A stretch of 64,000 nucleotides of DNA from Lingula anatina (lineage: Eukaryota > Animalia > Brachiopoda), in the NCBI GenBank assembly GCA_051362555.1, contig CM120646.1:2480001-2544000 (forward strand), in the 5' to 3' direction. The stretch's first letter is position 1. Every line of letters begins with the position of its first letter. Positions 55,501-64,000 of the stretch are shown here, in pieces. Both the position numbers and the translations under genes were made by a program. The notes beneath the pieces were generated by a model that saw only the letters and a list, made by a program, of their open reading frames with translations, did no database searches and was not told where the DNA came from.

Positions 55501-57312
55501 TGTGGCACCTCGCTTTGCAGCCAAGTGTAGTGGTGTACGTCCATCTGCATCCTGTGGATTCAAAAATTATGATAATTTTGATGCAACATCTGTCTTTATT
55601 TTATGATAATTAGTCTATATTCTTATATAATTAAATAATCTACTGTATGTAAACAGGGTTTATGTATGATCATTAGTCCTTACTAATTGATTTAAGTCCG
55701 GAATATTTGGCGATGTGTCAATGAATGTGGTTTAAAGTAAAATACAATGTATTGATAGTAATGTTATAACAAAGTACACACCCATGATATCCCTTTGCAA
55801 CGTATATTGGGATCTGCCCCGTGCTGGAGGAGAAGCTGAACACACTCTGTGGCACCTTGCTCTGAAGCCAAGTGTAGTGGTGTCCTACGTCCCCACTGTG
55901 GGTTTAAAAAACGTGATAATCTGGGTGCATTATAAGTTATTTTCAATTTGTCCGTTTTCATTTTCACACAGTCCACTGTTTGTAAATAATGTTTATGACT
56001 GGTCATAAAGCCTTATAATAATAGCTATTCTAAGTCCGTAAATATCAATTGTAGAAAGGACGTCGAATATACGAGGGTTGATTGATAAGTAGTGAGTCTC
56101 ATATAGAAGGCGTACACATTTTACAAGTATTTTTCTTAATTTTTCAACATAGTCTCCTTGAGTATCTATACACTTTTGCCAGCGAGTTTTGAGAGCCTCT
56201 ATGCCACTTTTATAGAAAGCCTTCTCTGGGCCGTTCAGAAACCCCTCCACTTCACGTATGATGTCATCATCTGACGCAAAGTGAGTACCTGAAATGGCCT
56301 TTTTCAATTTGGGAAATAGATAATAGTCAGAGGGAGCAAGATCAGGCGAATAAGGTGGATGTTCTATCAGTTCAAAGCCACACTCGTTGATTGCAGCAAT
56401 GGCAATGACAGACTTGTGAGCAGGGGCATTTTGCAAAAGTCACTTGCCTTGCTTATTTGAGAGTGCTACCTCGTCGACATAAACTAACCAAATGACACCA
56501 AACTTCGGCTACACCCCATTAAATAGTCAGGGAATAGAAGGGCTGAAAAGGGATATCCCTGCTTAACCCCTTCCACACGAGGATTACTACTTATCAATCA
56601 ACCCTCGTATTTGCTTTTGTCATAGGAAATTGTAAGATTTGGCAGCAAAATAAATGTCACAGTGAATATTTTCGTACGTTTGATATAATGTTTAAAGTCC
56701 TTATTAATCTATTGTAGGAAGGACGTTGAATGCATGTTGCTTTTGTTATGGGGAATTGTAAGATTTGACAGAAAAGTAAATGTCACAGAGAATATTTTAA
56801 AAGTTTGATATAATGTTTTAATAGTAATGTTTAAACAGACCACACACCTAAGCATACTCACTTACTTACCCAATTATCATGTATATTCGGATCCGCCCCG
56901 TGCTGGAGGAGAAGCTGGACACACTGTGTGGCACCTTGCTCTGCAGCAAAGTGAAGTGGTGTACTTCTTAACTGTAGGTTTGAAAAATATGCAGCTTTTA
57001 CTTAGCAAAATTATTCTTACTTAATACAAAAACATTTATAAGTACACCATTTTTATAAATAGAGATAAATTAAATTAATGCATGATTATAAACACTACGT
57101 TCCTACAATTTTTGTCCTGAAAATATATATTTTAGGCTGAACAATGTTTAAGCTAGAGGACGTCAAATAGTTTCACATTTTGATTAGACACTGAAAGATG
57201 AATTCATCACCAGGTCAATTGTGTTCATATCCAAGGTCCCGTCTCTCAGTAGCTTCGTTAACCTCTGCAAGTCTTTGACCAGAACAGCTTCGAAGAGATC
57301 CACTACAGACAT
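52527..57312 (-). CDS. Ankyrin-repeat and death-domain protein with one ankyrin repeat per exon
   Basis: Start exon 57312-57211 (MSVVDLFEAVLVKDLQRLTKLLRDG, capping repeat). Ankyrin exons 56971-56870, 55895-55782 (weak donor), 55551-55447, 55121-55002 (shifted donor), 54742-54638, 54304-54206 (consensus GRTPLHLAAxxGAtxCVQLLLQHGADPN). Cap exon 53772-53683. Possible microexon 53564-53559. Death-domain exon 53326-53080 (LARDHLGIGDVEIDDI...EQRFQMLSLWRSK..ASVKILIGFL). Last exon 52819-52527. Frame is continuous. Confidence 0.85.
56072..56607 (-). mobile_element. Internally deleted mariner (Tc1/mariner) transposon, 536 bp, TA TSD
   Basis: TIR CGAGGGTTGATTGATAAGTAGT...ACTACTTATCAATCAACCCTCG flanked by TA. 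Residual transposase C-terminus NAPAHKS...EHPPYSPDLAPSDYYLFPKLK...RWQKCI..QGDYVE. Confidence 0.93.
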
Positions 57313-57752
57313 CCTGGCGGTTGACTTAATTCACTGAAGAACACATATAGAGTATTACACGACAATGCCCCCCGTTTTTCTGCGTACACACTTAAAGCGA
57401 GATGACCTAAAAAAAAGTCTCTCATAATACAATTAAGCTGGCCCGATTGCACTGAAAGCAATTTAGCAAGAAGCACACCAGAGTTACATCGATCCAGCTA
57501 GTACGATCGGATTTTTGAGAACGCAGTCTTAGTTTCAACTCTTAAAAGATCAATAATTAGTACAGTTCAAACTCTCGTTATTCGTTCTCTGCGCATCAAG
57601 AACTACATCAAAACACTTATCTGACTTGAAAGGGTGTCAGTACTTTTCAGCTCTTGGACCTTGTGATATGTTGTACAGTGATGTAAAAATGTAAATATTG
57701 TACTTATATGTGCCTAATTATATTTGCATTTTACTGATCATAGTAGTTCCAG

Positions 57753-58252
57753 GGGGAGATTTTAAGGGGAATCCCCCTCCCTCCTGCACAGATTTTGTGT
57801 AGTTCAAAAATAGCTAGAAAACGAGACAATTATCATATGACCGAAACGGCTTCTTTAGTCGGCAAGTTTCTTGGATGGTAGAATCTAAAGAGGCACAGTA
57901 GTGATAGAAAGTATTAAATATGAGAAAAGAACGGCAGAGAGATAATGATGGGCAAATAGCCCTCAATCTAAGGCGTACAATGTAGGTGCAAAGTGAAAGT
58001 ACCTGTTGTACAGGTATCTTAGTCTTTTTTTGGTCGTTTAAATGTAACCTCACATTAACGACGGTATTTGTGTGTAAGAAAAGTCATGAATACTAAAATA
58101 AAAGAAATGTTTTACATCCAACCCAACAATCCTGGAGAATAATTAACCTAACTTACCGCAGATACAAATGGCGTCTGGCGCTCTTTGTTGTGGAAATCCC
58201 AGGATATTTTAGTCCCTGTTATTCCCCTGTTTCGTTGATGACGTTATAATAG
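57753..58252 (-). promoter_or_regulatory. Promoter / non-coding first-exon module, copy 1 (ankyrin-DD gene)
   Basis: Minus-strand donor GCG/GTAAGT at 58157. kB-like GGGATTTCCA at 58200-58191. Intronic GGGGAATCCCC at 57766-57776. Homologous to 59008-59533. Confidence 0.6.
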
Positions 58253-59007
58253 TCACAACTAGCACATTCACGGAAGGGTGCGCTATCACACTCGTGTTTA
58301 TGAAGTTAAACCGTTATGGCAGTAATCTGTGTCCGTCGAGTGTAACTTCGTATTAATATGCAAACGCACTGTATAGTAAGCTATAGATAATGAAAATCCA
58401 AAAGTTTGTTAGATCACCTAGTCTGTGTAGTGGTGCATGTCATAAGGTAAATAGGATCAGATATTACCGGTAAGAGTCCCTTTGTGTCTGTAGGTGTGTG
58501 TGTGTGTGGGGTGGGGGGGGGGGGGATTGATCACTATTTATAATTCAAAACAAAATCACCAATCTTAATTCACACTAATGGGAACTTTTTCATATCTACC
58601 TGATAATGCGAGAAAAAATCCTGAAAATTGCGAATCACTGGGTATAAGGAAAAAAAGCCGCACGGGTGTAATGTACGTGCTTAACGAATCAGGGCCCCCT
58701 TGACCCCCCGATGCCACTGAGAATTGATATAAATATACAATGTTTTAGTTCTAAAGGCATGTTATGGTAAAATACTTTCTTTTAAAGAAAATTAATTGCA
58801 TCTCAATAAATTAATTTAGATATGTGACGTTACACAGTTATTTACTTTTTTCTTGCATTCAAAATACTGGATGTTTTCGCTTGACTTGGACGAGTTGCAG
58901 TGCTTGTTAACCTTGTGATATGCTCTACAGTTGACGATGTAAAAAACTGAACTTATATAGAAGTGTTTAATTATGTTTGTATTGTGCAGATCATAACTTA
59001 TGCCCAT

Positions 59008-59533
59008 GGGAAGATTTTACGGGGAGTCCCCTCCTGCGTACATTTTGTGTAGTCTAAAAAAGTAATAATAAATTTAAAACAAAAACAAAAAAACTAGGAA
59101 ACAATACAATTAGTCTACGATCTAAACGGCTTCTTTAGTCGGTACGTGTCTTGGACGGAATCATTTAAGTAGGTAAAGAAGTGCGAGAAAGTATTACACA
59201 TTAGAAGAGAAATAACAGAGAGGGAAATAATGGGCAAATACCCCTCGATCCTATACATAAAATGTAGGTCCAAAGTGAAACTATCTGTACCTGTACCTAT
59301 GCCTTTTATGGTCGTTTAAATGTACCCCGGTAACTCCACGCTAACGACAGCATTCGTGCGTTAGAAAAAACATGAATATTCAACTGAAAGAAACGTTTTA
59401 AATTCAACTATCTTGGATAATAATTAACCTAACTTACCGCAGAAGCTAATGGCGTCTGGCGTTATTTGTCGTGGAAATACCAGGATATTTTCATCCTCGG
59501 GATTTCCCTCTTTCGTTGCTGACGTCATAATAG
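59008..59533 (-). promoter_or_regulatory. Promoter / non-coding first-exon module, copy 2
   Basis: Donor GCG/GTAAGT at 59438. kB sites GGGATTTCCC (59499-59508) and GGGGAGTCCCC (59021-59031). CRE TGACGTCA (59520-59527). Colinear with copy 1 (AAACGGCTTCTTTAGTCGG, ATGGGCAAATA, GGTCGTTTAAATGTA, AATGGCGTCTGGCG). Confidence 0.6.
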
Positions 59534-61194
59534 GCTAAATTAATCAGCACATCGATAGAAGAGTGCACTATGAATAGGAAATTATGTACTAGTAGTTGTG
59601 GCATCACCTAGTTATTTGCGTTTTATTCTTGCATCCAAAACACTGAATGCTTCCGTTTTCGTTGTTTTCGTTGTTACTGACGCCTTTTTTATGGATGAAA
59701 TTATTTTCGAGTACTCTGGTCGCAGGTTTCTATGGATGAATTAAAAGAGTCAATTTTCTTCATTGGATAATTTGTTAAGTACATGGATGATATATGATGA
59801 CTATGCGGTGAACCGATGGTTTTTGTATATCTTCTATTAAGACGACAGATTTATTGTACACAGGACATTTACCGGTATGTCTCTAGCTAATTATGTGCAC
59901 TTTTCTGTACCGTGATTGTGTCAGGATCATGGCAGGGACATATCTGTGGATATGCAGAAGTTAGTATTTATTTATTTAGAAGAATAAGAAGGGATGGCAC
60001 GTGTCGTAAGGGTCTATTGAAGTACATATAAAATGGAAATCAAATGTTGTGATGGATAGCTGAAATAGGTTTATTTCTACGAATAAGGTGAAAAACACTA
60101 TAATCATAGTACTGGTAAACATTTTAGTGAATATCGTTATTAAGTGTAGGCTAAGTCGTGTGCCATGTCACGTTGACGCGAGTTTTCTCTACTTTCGCCA
60201 CCTGGTACATGTATGTACGGCCAGTTAACTCTCAGCACAGGCGGTATGTCTTACCCATTTGTTTTTCAGCACACTGCATCCTTAATACGGAAAGTCAATC
60301 GCCGTTAGGCTAATGATCTTGATATACATGTTACAAGGCAATGGAGGTGCCGAGGGGGGTACAGTGATCACATGCACCCCTCGCCCCTTACCTTGGTGGG
60401 TATCGCCCTCTCCTCCTTCAACATTTTACGAATCCTCAGTTGTGTAATGCCTCTATTCAACGCCGCCTACGAATTCCATGAACCGCCAAGAACTGGTAAA
60501 TCCAAGGGTTCTAAGTTTAATATTGACACATTTTAAATCTCTTAACAATGTTTCTTATTTATTCTTAGTCAGTTTTTACAATTTTTGAGAGTTCGTTAAC
60601 CAGTCTTCTATTTATTACCATTTTATGTTCATACCCCAATTCTAGGGCCAGTATAGCTTACTATAGCTGCTCTATGTTAAACATCCGTTCCAGAAATGAA
60701 GCCCAAGCAGGGACCATATTTCCACAAAAAGAGCAAAATACCACGATTCCTGCTGATTTATAAACTTTATCAGTTCCTGGCGATTCGTGTATGGGTAGTC
60801 GGTGTGGAATAGGGCTATAAAGATAGCCCCCTTGCGCAAAACACACACGTCAGATTGCAGATTCGGTCATGTGAATGTTGGACACGGTTGTTATAGGAGG
60901 CAATGAATAAAAAAAGGTTCAGCCTTATTTTCAAAATCTATTTCTAAATATAATCCAATTCCAATTACAGTTGAATGTAATTATTAATTGAAATCTTGAA
61001 TGTATAGAGCAAAGAATCCAAGCTATGGGTTTAAAAAATATGCAACTTTATTTTTAGCAAAATTACCCTTTATTAATTCAAGAACATTTATAAGTCCACT
61101 GTGTGTTTAAATAAAGCTTTTTAAATGCTTGACTACAAAAAGTTCCATTCTGAGTTTATTAGATCCTTTTCCTAGTGAACTATTAGTGTAATAT

Positions 61195-61231
<37 letters not shown>

Positions 61232-62354
61232 AATCAAAACTCTCTGCAGCATTGCGTTTCACAAAGGTAATAAACACAGAAAAAGCTACGAAGATGGATA
61301 TTACATGTAACTCAAAATAACAGATCACTTATTAGTATTTTTTCAATTATAGCTCACTGTTCGATACACAACCAACATCCATAAATGTTTAATCCGTTGT
61401 CGAAATAGCCCTTCGTAAATATTAGTACACCTATACTCCTTTATAATTATTTATTAATTGTATTTATCTATCTATATATAAAGTGCAATCAATGTTTAAT
61501 TTAGACAGATCCTTGGAATAAGTAAACATTAGAGAGTTTGGAATACACTGAAACAGGAAGTTCAATCAAAGGGGTGAGGCCTATATACTAAATTAAATGA
61601 AAATCTCTACGTCTATTCAGTTTGTCAGGTTGGCTTGTTGATCAAAATTATACGTTCCGAATCTATCAGCAAAGCAGCACTCAGCAAATGTCTTTCTTTG
61701 ACTTCATTCAATTTTTCTTCCCCACATCTCATCAGTTAATCAGGGTGCAACTGCTCTGAAAAAAATACGCAAATTCATAAGTATTCAAAGGGTTCAAAAT
61801 GGGATTATATGTGACCTAAATCCAAGAGATGGGGACACAGGTCCTTGAGGGTTAGGAGGAGAAGCGGTAACAGCGGAACAGTACGAGACGGGTCGGAACT
61901 AAAAACATTAGTACCGCCAGAATACGCGCTGTTGGTACTAATAAAACGCGGTTAATTAAATTATCGTTGACAAAAAATAACATATCAATACAATTCACTA
62001 TTTTCTACAAAATGAATGTTTTCAGTCCTTAAATTATTTGTAAAAATGTGACTGCATCTATACATTGAGCAAAACAGCAGGAAATGGAACATTAGCGCAT
62101 CTTGTTTTTTTTTAATTGCAACTCAACCGTGGACACTGATGAAGATGTAAAAAGGGATGGTGTGATAATTATCAATTTTTATGTTCAGATTCATTCATTT
62201 ATCAACATTATTTTATGTTCAGATCCTTTCACATCTTTCAGACAATACGGTAACCTATCATCAGCTCACAATACTAAACCATTATATTACGTAAAATATT
62301 TTGAAAGTTTGCCCTCGGAACGACTCTTATGGGCATTTTAAAGTTTATTTTAGT

Positions 62355-62490
62355 ACAGTTTTGTGTTAAGTGTATGTAAGTGTCATGCTTTACTAATATT
62401 TATCTATTTCTATTGCCTCAGGTGGACCTGCCACAAGGTGTGTCCGAGGAATCACATTCACTGAATGGGGGCTTTAAAAGAAGACGTATG
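62355..62490. repeat. Diverged local duplication; second copy at about 63470-63605
   Basis: Both copies share TGTTAAGTG..TGTCAT.CTTTAC.AA.ATTTATC.ATTT..ATTGCC...GTGG.CCTG.CACAAG...AATCA.ATTCA.TGA...GCTT.AAAAGAAGACG. Confidence 0.6.
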
Positions 62491-64000
62491 TTGCTAAAAT
62501 GTAAAAAATGAGCTTGCAATGATATTTTTCTTATAAGTTATATTAATTCAGCATCTGTGCATACGTAGATCTAGTCCAGACAGATACGGTTTAGGTTTCG
62601 AACCGCATATAGAACTTGGTCAAAAATAATTTTTCGTTCTTAGTATATATGCCAAGCTTTTTTCAGATTTTAGTTTATACAATAATCAGAAATAAACCAC
62701 GTCCCTTTTTTGCAAACGACAAATTAAAAATAGGACAGAATAAAATTTTATAGGAAACAAACACTGACAAAAATACAATGTACACATGTAGGAAGAGAAA
62801 CCCGCCTCCTTCACAGTGTGAAGGGATCAGAGGTCAGAATTCTGTGTCCTTTATTGAATGCGTGTCTTAGGTCCCCCGTTCTTAGGAAAGCATGTCCTCT
62901 GACACAAGCTCCTGGAACTAAAAGTTCTGCAGAAAGAGTTCGATGTCTTAGTTGGAGATATTTTCGCAACTAGACTATAGTAATAGTTGTTTTGTAGGAG
63001 AAATAGTTTAGGATTCTGTTAACGCGATTTAACGTGAGATAACGCTCTTTATAATTACTCGCATAGCCCAGTTTTCACTTTATTCGGCTTAATTAAGATT
63101 TTGAAATAAACGAAAGAGAGCCTTCAAATTTAAACTTTCACTTTATTTCAAATAACTATGGACAACATATATTCACCATTCACATTAAAATATCTCGACA
63201 TAACAGACCAGAATTGATAGCTAAAATATATGGCAGTCACAACACATTATTGTTTTTCAAAAAAAAAAAAAAAAAAAAGAGATAAGCATGTCAGGAAAGA
63301 TTACAGTTTCATACCTCATAATAACGTGTACCTATGATCAGCCCACAATACTTAGCCATTACTGTTGTGTAAATTTAAAGGTGTTAAACCTTTAGGCTAA
63401 GTATCCCCAAAAGTTTGAAAAATTGCCCTGGAACCAATCCTCTGGGTATCTGTCAAGTTAATTTAGTGCAGTTTTTGTTAAGTGCATCTTAATGTCATAC
63501 TTTACCAACATTTATCAATTTTAGATTGCCCTAAGTGGGCCTGTCACAAGAAGATATGTGCGACAAATCATATTCAGTGAGTAGGAGCTTAAAAAGAAGA
63601 CGCATTTAGCCAGAACTTGGACCTAACTCTCTATTTAGGTCCAAGGCCAGAATAAATGTACAGACATAGTTTAATCTGTAATGATAATTTCCTTTCAATA
63701 CCTTAATACTGGCTTTAGGTTTATTTGTTATCAATACAGCATCTATGCAAACGTACGTCTCCACTCTGGTCCTTAGATCAAATTCGGTCCTTTAGCTTTA
63801 AATTGTTTCTGAGAGGTTCTGTTCTGTTCCTGCACCTGTGAATGTCCATCATACCTTGATCGTACGTGTTCCCAAATTTTTCAGCTGTCTTTATTTGGAA
63901 ACCTGCTAGTATGACGTCCAAGGGAAGGGGGTTACATGTAGGCAAGATACGTGTAGTTTAGCAACCAAATTAACGGTCATTTGGTTGATCCGCAAGATCA

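Noticed and set aside
55993-56436. 147-aa ORF resembling SETMAR/mariner transposase as a host gene
   Set aside because: It lacks a true start, the N-terminal DNA-binding region and the first catalytic residues. It lies between TIRs of a 536-bp deleted element.
52527-57312. Calling the ankyrin-DD gene IkB/Cactus, NF-kB p105/Relish or ANKDD1
   Set aside because: It has no Rel homology domain and no DSGxxS degron, and the repeats are recent near-identical duplicates rather than the divergent conserved repeats of those families. No gene symbol assigned.
61580-61760. Exon-like segment with a minus-strand acceptor at ~61757
   Set aside because: All three frames hit stops quickly and there is no recognisable product. 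It could be non-coding but cannot be supported.
1-64000. tRNA, rRNA or snoRNA genes
   Set aside because: I recognised no convincing cloverleaf, A/B box or rRNA sequence by eye. A covariance-model scan (tRNAscan-SE, Infernal/Rfam) would be needed to exclude small RNAs.

Overview
AT-rich, intron-rich animal genomic DNA (probably a marine invertebrate such as a mollusc; the taxon is an inference). I reconstructed seven spliced genes by hand from splice sites and reading-frame continuity: (1) ATIC/purH (+, 15 exons, 592 aa). (2) FAIM (-, 177 aa). (3) An NCBP2AS2-like microprotein, head-to-head with FAIM (+, 85 aa, needs a GC-AG intron, absent from the ORF track). (4) A small single-pass membrane protein (-, 147 aa). 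(5) A 595-aa type I membrane protein with three Ser/Tyr-rich CUB-like domains and a PPxY tail (+). (6) A TNIP2/ABIN-2-like (CEP55-related) ubiquitin-binding adaptor (-, 556 aa). (7) An ankyrin-repeat + death-domain gene (-) whose ankyrin repeats are tandemly duplicated single phase-0 exons. The right half carries many NF-kB-type sites and duplicated promoter/first-exon modules. Mobile DNA includes a young 2.5-kb LTR element (identical 407-bp LTRs, 4-bp TSD, PBS, PPT) whose only ORF is an intact 350-aa acidic protein with no recognisable gag/pol, an internally deleted mariner, several MITE families and a possible Crypton-like element. The best candidates for something new are the cargo-carrying non-autonomous LTR element and the kB-controlled modular ankyrin-death domain locus next to ABIN-2. 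Family assignments come from recalled motifs, not database searches.
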